Source: Salpingoeca rosetta
Taxonomy: Eukaryota > Protista > Choanoflagellata
DNA length: 64,000 nucleotides
Reading direction: 5' to 3'
Assembly (NCBI GenBank): GCA_033442325.1
Contig: JAWQFM010000007.1
Location: forward strand, 1,902,567-1,966,566
The stretch's first letter is position 1. Each line of letters opens with the position of its first letter. Positions 1 through 12,839 of this stretch are shown here, piece after piece. The position numbers and the translations under genes were made by a program. The notes under the pieces are model-generated. The model saw nothing but the letters and a program-made list of their open reading frames with translations. It was not told the origin of the DNA and ran no database searches.

Positions 1-1360
1 GCTGCTGCTGCTGCGGATGAAGAGGCGTGGTGGTGGTGAGGCCGGGGAGGGGCGCGAATCCTCCTCAGCCGTGTCGCTGCCGCACCCGGAATCGTCCGTG
101 TCACTGTGGGTGTGTGGCGCCTCTGTTGCCTCCTGTGTTGCCTCCTGTTGCTGCTCTACATCTGGTTCCGCACTTGCGGGTTCATAGAGCTCGCACGCGC
201 AGACGGCGCACACGTCGTGCAGGTGATCGAGGGGCGCGGATGTGACTGCGGTGAGCTGCTGCATGGCCAAGCGCAGGCACTGATCCTTTGACGGCGGTGG
301 GTCGAACCAATATGCGCTGGTTTGGAGAGTGGCGTGCTCATTGAGAACTGGTTGGCGCACAGGCCCCTGTCGGTGAGACGAGCGGCCACGACCACGTCCA
401 CGGCCGCGTGTTGCTGAACTTGCACCACCACCGCTGCCAAAGGGTTGGCGCTGAGAAACGGGATGCGTGGAGGACGCTGTCTTGGAGAAAGCTGCAATGT
501 GGCGCTGGATGCGCTCGTCCTTGTGCGCTTGCTGCTTCTCAATCACGTCCTCGAGCATCTCCTTCATGTCCTGTGCCTGACGACAGCAAGGCATCAAGAT
601 GCACAGCGTGAGGTGATGGGAGTTGGGGCAAGGAAAAGAAGGAAGGAGTGTTGGCAAGGGGAAGCGGTGCTGGCAAGGCAAGTGAGCCAGAGCATTGCGC
701 CTATGATCACGCTGTGGGCGACTGCAGCAACGAACACCAACACTAACCTTGCGGGCGTCTCGGCGCAGCTTTCGTTGTTGGCGTGGGCTGAGCTTGCTTT
801 CCTTGCGAGACTGGCGAACGGCCTCTGCGCCCTCTGCTCCATCTCCACCAGTCTCGCGCGCCACCTGCCGCCAGTGCCTAGTTTGCGCACGAGTGAGTGA
901 GTGAGTGAGTGAGTGAGTGAAGTGAGTGAGTGAGTGTGTGTGTGTGTGTGTGTGTGTGAGTGAAGTGAGTGAAGTGAGTGAGTGAAGTGAGTGAGTGAGG
1001 TGAAGTGAGTGAGTGAGTGAGTGTGAGTGAGTGAGTGAGTGTGTGAGTAAGCATGCGTTGAAGAGGGCGCGGAGATGGTGAGCTGCAGCAAACAAACAAA
1101 CAAACAAACAAACAAACAAACAAACAAACAAACAAACAAACAAACAAACAAACAAACAAACAAACAAACAAACGCTTCTTTCGAACGAATGCATGGCCGT
1201 CTTCCTCTTGTATCTTGCCTCACCGTTGCTTTGTTCCTTTGGAACGCTGTGCGTGCCTGTATCGCACAGACGTCTTCTCGAGCTTGGCCTCCCAGTACTC
1301 AACGAGGTCACAGCTCACATCGCTGAACGGCGACCCAAGCACAGGCATCTTGCGAGACAT
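1..1360 (-). CDS. Hypothetical spliced gene, 3' end runs off the window
   Basis: GC-rich exon-like blocks on minus: ~1223-1360 (MSRKMPVLGSPF...), ~749-864 (VARETGG...KLRRDARK|gttagt) and 1-576 (AQDMKEMLEDVIEKQQAHKDERIQRHI...). I could not make the exon phases fully consistent; no family recognised. Confidence 0.4.
892..1172. repeat. Compound microsatellite (GAGT)n/(GT)n followed by ~(CAAA)21
   Basis: Directly visible; probably intronic. Confidence 0.9.
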
Positions 1361-1640
1361 TCAACAGGAAGGAGAGGAACAAAAGAGTCAGCAACAAGCA
1401 ACAAGAACGCGTCGACACACTCTGATGTGCTGATGTGAGCCTTGGTGGTGGTGTAACGTAAATGCGGCCTCTGCCACCATCATCGCTGTTGTTTGTATTT
1501 GCTGTGCGTGTCTGTGCGTGTCTGTGCGTGCGGATGTGGTGTGTGTGCGAGGTGTGTGTGCGTGTGTGTGTGTGTCCTGGCGGTTACAAATTCCACCAAA
1601 GTTACAGCTGATAATTTTTATGGTGTCGCTGACTGGCCCC

Positions 1641-2682
1641 TCAGCAGAAGTGGTGCTGCGTGGTTTGTTGTGGGAGAGCGAGCGTGCGAGCTGTGCTGCT
1701 GCTGCCATTGCTGCTGCTGCACTGCTGTGAGATGCGCATGGAGAGGTCCCTGACGCGGCGAGCGAGCGAGTCACGCGGGATGGCGTGGCCGTGCTTGTGG
1801 TGGAGGTACTGCTTGAGGATGTGCACTTCGGAGGCGCAGTCGAAGCAGTGGTCGAGGCCAGGCACACCCTTCACGTCGTGATCAAAGTGGCTGGTCCGTG
1901 TCACCGTGTTGAAGTGGAACATGTAATCCTCATACACCTTGTGGTTGTACTCACGCGACGATTCCTGAGGTTGCGCGCGTGTGAGTGAAGTGAGTGAGTG
2001 CGTGAAGTGAGTGAGTGAGTGAGTGTAGGTGTTTGGTGTGAAAGAGACTGTTGTTGAGTGTGACAAGACAGCAAGCAGTATCCCGACATACAAACACACA
2101 CACACACACATTCTCCCCCTCTCTCCTTCTCTCTGTGCCGCAACGCATCAACCATCTCACCGGATCTGTGACGACCAGCCTTGTTTCTGTGGTGGTGCGG
2201 CCGCCCCAGCAGGGGAGGTAGACATCGCCATCCAGGTAGGTCGTGCTGCTCGTCGTGTCGCTCCGGGTCGCATACGGCAGTCTGAACTTGAGCATCGCAG
2301 CCTACAAACAACACACAAGCACACACAGACATAGATACACACACACACACAACCAATGAATGATGGCAGCACATCGGAACACGAATGCAAGAGCCATACA
2401 TCACGCACACCCACTCCTTTGCCCCACCACACCACACGCCATGGCACCGTACCATCGGCTTCATGAGCTTGACCCACTGCTGCTGCCAGAGCATATCGGC
2501 AGCCACGCGGTTCTCCTTCTGCTGATCGTTCATGCCGGCGTCCATCGACCGCACGTCGCAGATGAACACCACCCCATCCTCGTCGGCCAGCGCACAGGCG
2601 AGGTCGTCCGTGAAGTAGTCCTGAGCGTGTGTTAGGATGTGTGTGTGTGTGTTGGTGTGTTGATGTGTGTGTGTGTGCAAGG

Positions 2683-2735
<53 letters not shown>

Positions 2736-2831
2736 CGTGCGTGCGCGAGGAAGATAGGCACACAAGAGAGAAGGAAGATCAACGATAGAGAAGGCACGCA
2801 ATTCAGGTGCCGTTACAACACCCCCTCCCCC

Positions 2832-2891
<60 letters not shown>

Positions 2892-4887
2892 AAACAGGTG
2901 CACGTGCCTGCTTGATGATGATGTTGTCGGCGGGGCGGCAGACAAAGGGGGCTGGGTCGACGAGCACCCAGCGAAGAGTTGGGAACAGCTCCCGTGACAA
3001 AAACTCAATGTGGTCGCCAGGCGCAGCGCCGGCATACACCACCGTCTTAACTCGTCCGCCATCGCCAGCGGCACTGACAACGCGGGTGAGAAACTCAATC
3101 TCGGACATGAGGAGTTTGCGCTGGCCCCAGTGCTCAACAGTCTTCACTTCGCCCTGCCGTCGCAGATATGGCGACCGCGGTACAAAGTCTTTGCTTGCAA
3201 TGCGGTCATCATCACGCAGCTCACGCCCCGTGATGACCAGCTCCCGCTTGTTGGCAAACACCTGGTGCATGTGCGGGTTGTCCTCGTAGATGCGCATGTG
3301 CCGTGGGGCGATGGTGGCGACAATGGGGTTGCCGGCCTTCACGCGCCATCGAATCTCACCACCGCCATCAGCACGCCGCCGCACGTAAAACTCGCGGTAG
3401 TACTTCTGCCGGTCAAACAGCGAGCGCGTGGAGCCAAGATGCCCCCGTCGCCGCGAGAGCTCCTGGCGCGAAAACTGCAGCAGCTGCCGGCCCGTTGCCG
3501 TCTCGGAGGCGTCGATGCGACGCGTCGTGCCCGCGTCAGCGAGGATGGCCGTGTCCTTACGGTGCTTCTCAGAGTGGCGCGTTTGTGCGCGCGTTGGCAC
3601 TATCACCTCCCCCGTGTGCGCGTGCACAAACACGGCCAGGCCGTGCTCGTTGAGCTCCTTGCGCCACACCACTGGCGGTGCCGACCGCAGCGCACGCCAG
3701 CTCAAGGGTTTGGACCAGCTCATCTCCAGCGTGCGCACGTGTCGCCAACACGGCTGCCCGTCCGGGGTCTGCTCCTGCACCCAGTCTGATGGATTGTCGT
3801 CAACACTGCCACCGCCAATCTTTGCCTTTGTCTGGTCAGCGCTCGATGTGTCGCGCACACCACTGCTCACTATTAGAGCCGTGTCGTGGTCGTGGTGGTG
3901 GTGGTCGTCGTCGTCGCCGTCGTCGTGGTGGTGCTGGTGGTGGTGGTGCTGCTGCTGGTGTTGGTGTTGGGTGTCGGGCTGCATGCGTGGTTGCAGGCGA
4001 TCCAGCATGGATTGTGGTTGCATCTGCAGCATCGCACTGGCTTGTTGTTCTTCTTGCATTTGCGCCTGCATTACGCGTGCACGGTAAGCGCGAACGCGGG
4101 ACGCATTCTTGGGCGAGAGCAGGTCGCCATCGTCTTCGCTGTCGTACGGGTCAGATGCTCTCATTGCCAGGCGTTGCTGATGCAGTCGTCGTCGCGCCTC
4201 TGCCGCGGGGCTTTCGCCGACCTGGCGCTCTTGCTGGCGTGGGGTTTCCAGCAACGGTATGCGGGGGCGCCCCTGTCTTGAGGAGCTCAAGAACGAGCGA
4301 AGGTCGCTGTCATCTTTGCTTCTGTCGTTTCTGCCGCCGTCGCGACGGCGGCCTCCTTCTCCTTCATCGTGCTGTTGCTGCTGCTGCTGCTGCTGCTTCT
4401 GCCGCTGCCAGCGAAGCAGGTCTCTGAGATCCTCTCCACCACGATGAATGCCTGGAGAGCGACTTCGCTGCCGATGCAACCGCGCAAAGTGCCTGCGGCT
4501 GCGTCTGGGGCTGCGACTGCGACTGCGGCTGCGACTGCGACTGCGGCTGGGACCTCTGCGACTGCGACTGCGGCTGGGACCTCTGCGACTGCGACTGCTC
4601 CTTCGTTCCTTGCTCCTGCTCCTGCGCTGGCCACGCCGCCCACGACGTGATTCGTGCACCCTTACATGCACATCGCGACGCTCGTCGTGCGGTGTGGCCG
4701 TGCGTTGACCACCAGTGCCAGCACCATCATCGCTGCTTCCTCTGCCTCTACTGGTTCTCGCGTCATTGTCGTCGTTGTCGTCGCCGTTGTTGTCGCTGTT
4801 GCTGTTGTTGTTGTTGTTGTTGGCAGCGGCCCGCGCGAGGTCGCGTGGTGCTGCTGCTCTGTCGTCGTTCGTATTTTCCCGCCTCAT
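1641..4887 (-). CDS. VP39/poly(A) polymerase regulatory subunit-family cap 2'-O-methyltransferase with N-terminal RS repeats and WW domain(s); 4 exons (4887-2908, 2620-2453, 2301-2161, 1964-1641)
   Basis: Motifs [54 protein letters not shown] (K-D-K-E tetrad) and CFDCASE. WW: [26 protein letters not shown]. Exons join in frame. Confidence 0.85.
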
Positions 4888-4992
4888 ATGGACTGACGAT
4901 TTCCAGTCACATCTTCCACTACTATTCCATCTTCGCCGCCAAAAATTCAAACACTCCGAACCCACGACGACGAAGCAGTGTAACCAACAGCG

Positions 4993-7973
4993 ATGACGAC
5001 ACCAAACAGCAGAAGCAGAGACCATGATGATGGTGCTGGTGTTGCTGACAGCGGCACACTGCTGCTGAGATCTGTGGAGAACACGACGCCCAATGCACAG
5101 GCACCAGCAGTGGCGAAGAAGCCAACGCTGGCAACTATGGAAGATGTCGGGTCCACAGCGGAGTGGGTCAAGCAAGCGAAGCAGAACAAGCAGGTGAAGA
5201 AGAAGATGACGAAAAGGAAGAAGCCTGTGCCTCTGCCACGAACACCAAGCAAGAAACACACCACAGCACACAGCGGTGTGAAGAGAGCGGCACAAGCACA
5301 GCCGCAGCAATTGGACACTGACCAGGTTGATCTCGTTCGCGTCGTCCCCCTGGATGAGGACACAGGTATCAGGACATGGAATGTTACCTTGCTTCTCGCA
5401 TCTTCATCTGGAGTCATGTTCGAGGCAGGCATTGGCGCCAAAACTCGCAGCTGCTCATGTTGTGCGCTGTTGCTTGTTGTGGTGATCTTGTTGGACAGTC
5501 GTGGAGCAGTTGAAGGACAAGTTCAACCGCGGCGTCTGGTACAGCCTCGCAGGTGCGGATGATTGTGTGTGAGTGTGAGTGTGTGTGTGTGTGTGAGTGC
5601 ATGTGTGCATGTGTGGTACTGTGTAGTCAAACATGTCCAACTGGAGACACGCACGCACACATGGAGACACGCTCACCTGGACGGTGATTGCCACGTCGTG
5701 TACAATGTGGCTGTGACTAGAAGCGTGAGTCTATCGTGCCTCTCCCTTAAAGGGGCTCTTCATTCATGCGCCCACCATTTCCTTGATCCAGGGCCAACGT
5801 TGATCGCCGTCAATCCATTCACGGATGAAAACCCAATCCCCGCAAGCACCTACAAGGCACTCTGTGCAGAGAAAGGTGGGTACACGTGCTTCTGTGCGCC
5901 TAATTTTTCGTGTGTGTGTGCGTGTGTGGGTTTGCATATGCGTGCGCGAATGTGTGTATTGTTCTTGAATGTATTGCCCTGCGCGTGTGCGACGAGAAAC
6001 GCAGTACACCAAACGCTTTCCTTACACAATACCTTGCTCCTTGGCGTAGGTGATGCGTGTGTCCCACACGTGTACACCATTGCCCAGCGTGCGCTGCAAC
6101 TGCTGCCGGAGACTGCGCAATCTCAAGTCATTGTCCTCTCGGGCCAGAGCGGCGCCGGCAAGGTGTTTGCGTGTGTGTATTTGTGTGTATGTGTGTGTGT
6201 GTGCGTGTGCGTGTGTGTGTGTGTGCGTGTGCGTGTGTGTGTGCGTGCGTGTGTGTGCTTGTGCATGCGTGTGTGTGTGTGTGTGTGTGTGTGCGTGCTT
6301 GTGTGCTTGTGTGCGGGCGTTACAGATGCGGGAAGGTAGGGTCAAGCAAAGCGCTGTGTGCATCCATGCTCCTGCTGTGTAAAGCACAGGCTCACCAAGC
6401 TCATTTTTGCGTATGTGCTCCCACGTGTATTTCTTCAACTGCGTGCAGACGTTCAGTTCCAACCTGATCCTGGACTACCTCACGCACACCAGCAGCTCGC
6501 CATCATCCTTGCACAGCAGCCCATCGGTGAGTGCGGTAATGGCGGCAGTGTCAGTGCTGATGGCGCACGTGCTCGCTCAGCATATTATGTTAGGTCTGCA
6601 CCACTTTCGCACTTTCCCACTCCCTTTCTCAAACCAACAATGAAACGCGTTCCCACTTATGTACCACATACACACGCACACACACAACACAACACACACA
6701 CTCACACACACATACATACACACACTCACACACACACAACACAACACAACACAACACACACACACACACTCACTCACAGCATCCTGTGGTTGAGGCGCTG
6801 GCGGCCTCGAGTGTTCTGCTTGAAGCGTTTGGTAACGCCGGGTAAGGGTTCCCTAAATGCAGTGCACGAGTAGCAGCGCGCATGTCTGCGTGTCTCCGTG
6901 TGCGTGTGAACCCTCGTCTATTCGTTTGTCTGTCTGCCTCTCTTTCTGTATACCTGCCTGTAACACGCACATAAACTACACCCTCACGAACACGCACACA
7001 CACATACATGACAGAACCGTGAACAACCACAACTCAAGTCGCTTTGGAAAGTTTGTGGACCTTCATTTCTCCACACAGGTAGAGTGCTCGTTGGTGCGTC
7101 CTCTGCCACTGTTGCCTGCAAGTAAGTCGATTTCAGTCATTCACACACGCATACACACATGTCACCGCGTTACATTCTGCGCGCCATCAAACAGAGCTCG
7201 CTCACATCCGCAACCATGAAGGTAACACAACAACACACCTCTTTGGGCATGGTGGTGTTGGTTTTGTGCGCTTGTCTGTCAGTATTCGCGTTCACATGTG
7301 CACGCGTGTGGGTACGCACAGTGCTCTCACCCCTCTCATTCTAAACCCACCATCACACCCACTCTACCCTCACCAACACCCACCCCTCGCCACGGGCACC
7401 AGACTTACCTGCTCGAGGCGTCGCGTGTGACGGCGCAGCAAGCCGGCGAGCGAAACTTTCACATCTTCCACTACATGGACGAAGACAACTACGCACACGA
7501 ACACCTGGGCATGCCAAAGGAGTATGTGCTTGTTGCTTGTTTGCTTGTTCGCTTGCTTGCTTGTTTGCTTGTGTGTGTGTGTGTGTTGTTTTTTGTTGTG
7601 TTTGTGTGTGTGTGCTCGCGCGAAAGAGTGCATGCGATCTCCCACTCATGCTCCTAAGAACGTGCAACGTACACACACACACACACGTACACACGTACAC
7701 ACACACACACACACTCACCATACACACATGCATCACACCTACTCTCTCGTCACATCTGCAACCACGCCACATCACGCCACACCCCCTGCAGTCTGTTTGC
7801 ACAATCGCGCTTCATGCCGCAACGCAAGGACATTGGCAGCCCAGCAAAACACCACGACCACGCACAGACACACACGCACGCGCTTGCATCTGTTGTTTGC
7901 GGCATGGCAAAGGCGTCGCTCTCCCAGGAGCAACAAACCGCCATTCTGCAGGTGTGTACCTAATGCACACACA

Positions 7974-8011
<38 letters not shown>

Positions 8012-8391
8012 GGATCAACGTTCACGCAGTTGTAAGCAAGCAGACATGCAGACAAGCGTGGCACCTTGCACTCCCAAATGCTCTCAACACGCGTTCCACA
8101 ACTCGCAATTACGCCCGCCCATCACATCTCCCAACACATCAATAGGGCGTGTGCGCCGTCGTGGCGTTGGGGACAGTCGACCCTGCGTTGGTCGTCACGT
8201 CTTCATCGCCTGTGCCATCACTGGTTCATGTGGCGCAACTGCTTGACGCAGACGCTGACACGGTTTGTGCTCGTCGCATTGTGTGCTCTTGCTTGTGGTT
8301 TTGGAGTACTGTCAAAGCGCAATGCGTCCACATATGACTCACACGGGCATATGTGGATTTACATGCACGCGTGCTCATGTTCACACACGTA

Positions 8392-8472
<81 letters not shown>

Positions 8473-11400
8473 GTCATACAACACCACACCACATCACCCC
8501 ACCCCACCCCGCAACACATCACGACCTGCCTTCCTGTCACAGCTGTTTGCGCATCTAAAGTACGACCGGCTGCAGTGCGGGCGCGAGTGTGTGCACAAAC
8601 CACGAAGCGTGGATGCTGTTGCAACCACAACCGCCGCCCTTGCTCGCTTCCTCTACAAGCGCATCTTTGCGTGTGTTGTTCGCAGCATCAATGACACCCT
8701 CTCCGCAACGGTGACACTGGCATCCAAGCAGCACCAAGAGCAGTCACAATCCACCATCGGTGAGAAACGAATCTCTCACGCACTGAGTGGGTGTATACGT
8801 GCAGGCACACACATGTTGGCAAGGCCTGTGTTTGTTCCACACGAGTGATCTTTCCTGTACACTAACATCCATGCCCCTTTTCTCGTCGTTTGCTTTCCGC
8901 TCACCCACCGTCATTGTGGCGACAAACACTTGTTCACGCACTCACCATCGTTGCTGCCATCATTGTTGCTGCTGCTGCTGCTGCTGCCGTCAACACGACC
9001 ACGAACATCACCACCATCATCACCATAACCATCACGACCGGTCAAGGGCTCCTTGACATCTTTGGGTTTGAGGCGCTGCGGACCAACGCGCTCGAGCAGC
9101 TGTGCATCAACTTTGTCAACGAGCGCCTTCAACGCCATTTCGTGGAGCACATGATCGATGTCAGGCACGCATGCGTTTGTGCGTGTTCTTGAATGTACCG
9201 TTGGTGACTGCGACCATGCACGGCTTGTTTTTTTTTTTTTTTTTTTTTTTGGTTATTCAGATGTTCATTTCATGCCCCTTAACACACAGTTGCTCACTCC
9301 CATACGCGCGCACACTTACATACAAACACACACGCACGCACGCACACACCACACGTGCAACGTGTCTGTAGGCGGAATTGCGTGTGTACAAGACCGAGGG
9401 GCTGCTCGATTCGCAGCTGCTGCTTTCTCCCACGAGCGACGCATGTGTGCAGCTGCTGTCACAGCACTCGCACTCCATCTTCCGGCTACTCGATGAGGCT
9501 TGCAGGTGCAAAAAAGAAATCATGTGACAGCGAGACGTTGGTATTCCTCATACATATTGAAGCAGAGGATTCTAACCCCCTGTGACACAGCGCATTTGGC
9601 ACCACGATCATGCCTTAACGATGTCACGACACACAATGTTTATACGCGCACACACACACAACATACATTTGCATGCGAATGGTGGTGTGTACTGTTTTCT
9701 TGGTTGCAGGCTCAAGCGGCGCAAGTCGCAGTCGAGTCAGATTTCATTCGCGCAGCGGTGCGACCATGTTCTCGCCGCCAAATTCAAAGGTGCCGCTGAT
9801 GATGAGCGAGAATGAAGGGTGTTGCAATGCGAGACATGATGTGTCACTCGTGATGGTGAACGCTTCGGTTCTGACTGTTTGAGTTGCCACTTGAGTTGCT
9901 TTCTTCTTTCACTCATAAACACAGAAATGTACTCACACACGCTCTCTCATGTTCACTCACGTGTCCAAACACACGTCCATACACATGTTCACTCACATCC
10001 CCCCACCCGCATCACCCCCTTTGGTTCAGATCGGTTTGTTGGGCCAACGGCACGACAGCCGGGAACATTTGTGATCAAGCACTACGCGGGCGCTGTCACG
10101 TACTCTGCTGACGATATGCCCACACAGAACAAGGACGTCAATGAAGCAGGTGCACCCGACTGTGATACGCATGCACACACACACGCATGTGCACACGTGC
10201 GCCTGTCTTGTGTTTACGCACGTGCTTGCGTGTGCTGTACCTTTTATGAGCCATGGGATGAGTGTTGGGGCTGCATTGTAGTATTCTCTCACTTTGCGTC
10301 CACGACGACTGCACTGGTGTGTATTCAGTGTTTCGTGCGCTGTGCACAGAGGCAGAGGTTGCCCTCTTCCGGGATGCATGGTGTGAACCATCACCATCGA
10401 CATCAGCAACAACATCATCGACGTCAGCAACAACATCATCCGGGACACCCTCCACCGCCTCAACATCGTCGTCGTCAACAACACCGCGATCAAAGCACGC
10501 CACCATCACCGCCCAGTTTGTGTCCGACATCAACGCGGTGCGTGTTTGCCATGAATAGCACATTTGCATGTTGCTCCAGTGGTGCTTGCTTCTCATAGCA
10601 TGGGCTTGTGCACACAAGTGCATTCAGCCACATGCAAGTGCATCACCTACTCACATGCAAACGCGCACCTTGAAATGCACACACAAAACAACTCCCACAA
10701 CTACCACGACCACAACCGCACCACGACGATGCACATTCAGCTGTTTCGACGGCTGTGCGCTTGCCGGGTGCACTACATTCGTTGTCTCGCATCAAACAGT
10801 ACCGAAACTCAGCTTCACTTTGACGACAACGTGGTGCGTATCGTAATGCATCGCGTGAAGAATGACGCATGTGTCTCTGCCCGAATACCTGAATATGTCA
10901 CCTTGCACTCCACACACGCACGCACACTCCACACACGCACACACATACATCCAAATTCAAAGCGTCTCCTCCTCATCTTTGCTGTCACTGCCACCGTCAC
11001 CACTGCCATCACCAACGACAACCACAGGTGCGGCAACAGCTCCGAGCTGGCGGTATTGTCGACAGTTTGCGTGTGTTTGCGGCCGGACGTCCCGTCCACA
11101 TCCGCTACGACGAGTTCATCGCCAAATACAAACCGCTGCTGGCGGCAGCCGCAAGCAGGTACATGAGCACATGTGTACATGTGCGTGTTTGTTGTATATT
11201 TGTTTGTTTGTTTGTTGTTGTTTAAGTTGTTGTTGTTTAAGTTGTTGTTGTTTAAGTCGTTGTTGTTTAAGTCGTTGTTGTTGTCGTTATTTAAGTTGTT
11301 GTTGTTGTTTAAGTCGTTGTTGTTGTCGTTATTTAAGTTGTTGTTGTTGTTTAAGTTGTTGTTGTTTAAGTTGTTGTTGTTTAAGTTGTTGTTGTTTAAG

Positions 11401-11470
<70 letters not shown>

Positions 11471-12092
11471 GATTTGGTAGTATGATGGCGAAAGGGCACT
11501 AGTCATCTCTATTCACACCTCTTCCATTCACATTGTGATGCATCGCTGACCCTTTGCCACAACGTGCCCAGTGCAACGCACGCCAAGGATGTGGTGCAAT
11601 GTGCACTGCCAACGTTGCTGCAGCTGAATGATATGGACGAGAGCGAGCGACCGCTGTTTGGGAACACGATCCTGTTTCTCAAGGACAACCACATCATCCA
11701 GCTCAACACACGTATGTGTATTGCTGCTGCTGTTGCACGTCTACATGCCCGTTCTACTGTTCTCACGTCTCTCACTCTACTCACCATCACACACGCGCGC
11801 ACGCACGCATGCACGCATGCATACAACAAAACACCCACCCACACGCATCTGCCCACAATCACCTTGTTAGTATTGCATCAAGTGCTGAAGCAGAGCGCCG
11901 TTGTGATGCAATGTGTAGTTCGCGGCTTTCTTGCACGCCGCCTCGCAGCAGGTCAGCGATGCACGAGGGGTGCTGGCATCCATGGGAACGACCGAGGGGA
12001 TACGTGGACATTGATTCCCATGCTTTTGTTTTGCGTTTGTTTCCTTGTTGGTTTTTCTTCGTGTCCCCTCATGCACGCGCGCACACGTGTGA

Positions 12093-12183
<91 letters not shown>

Positions 12184-12585
12184 GCGCTTCGGGTGGAAGC
12201 AGAAGAGCAGCGAAGAAAACAGCAGGAAGAAGAGGAGGAGGAGAGGCGACGGGCAAAAGAAGAACAGGAACAGCAGCAGCAGCAGCAGCTGGAACGACTC
12301 GCCCGTGAGGAAGCAGAGACGAGGAAGTGGCAGCAGCAACAGCAGCAACAGCAGCGATGGGAGGCTGGTGTTAAGCCAGTGGCAAGTGAAGTGCAACGTG
12401 TGATGAACAAAGCGCAACAACAGCAGGAAGAGGTGGAAGTTGAACAGCAGTGTACAAGCGAGCAAGCTGTTCCAGCATCATTACCACCACAGACGGAAAC
12501 CATCACCCCAACTTGGCCTGCTCTTCCCCGCTCCGTTCTTCGTAACGCCGCCTTCGCCAACGCCACTCCTCTCCCTCCCATGTAG
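4993..12585 (+). CDS. Unconventional myosin (motor + IQ + charged helical tail), MYO19-like; multi-exon, start uncertain
   Basis: [21 protein letters not shown]|T, LEAFGNA(G)[66 protein letters not shown]-like [16 protein letters not shown]-rich helix. Confidence 0.9.
11205..11470. repeat. (TTG)n tract with periodic TTTAAG interruptions in a myosin intron
   Basis: Directly visible. Confidence 0.9.
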
Positions 12586-12839
12586 CAGCACTGACACGCA
12601 AGGCACACGTGCGCTCGCTTACACATACACAAACACACACTCACATACACACACACACATACACACTTACTCACTCCACACACACTCACGTACACACTTA
12701 CTCACTCCACACACACATATACATGCTCATGTGAGGGTTTTGGCACACGCGTTGGTTATCTGTTTACTGATGCCGTACTTCATTGGCACAGCTGTTCAGT
12801 CGATTTGCCTGTTCACGTGTCTGGTGTTATCTCTTCTCC

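Noticed and set aside
4888-5310. Overlap of the 835-aa minus ORF with the myosin 5' exon
   Set aside because: The ORF track starts at a non-ATG codon; the plausible start is ATG 4887, so no coding overlap is needed.
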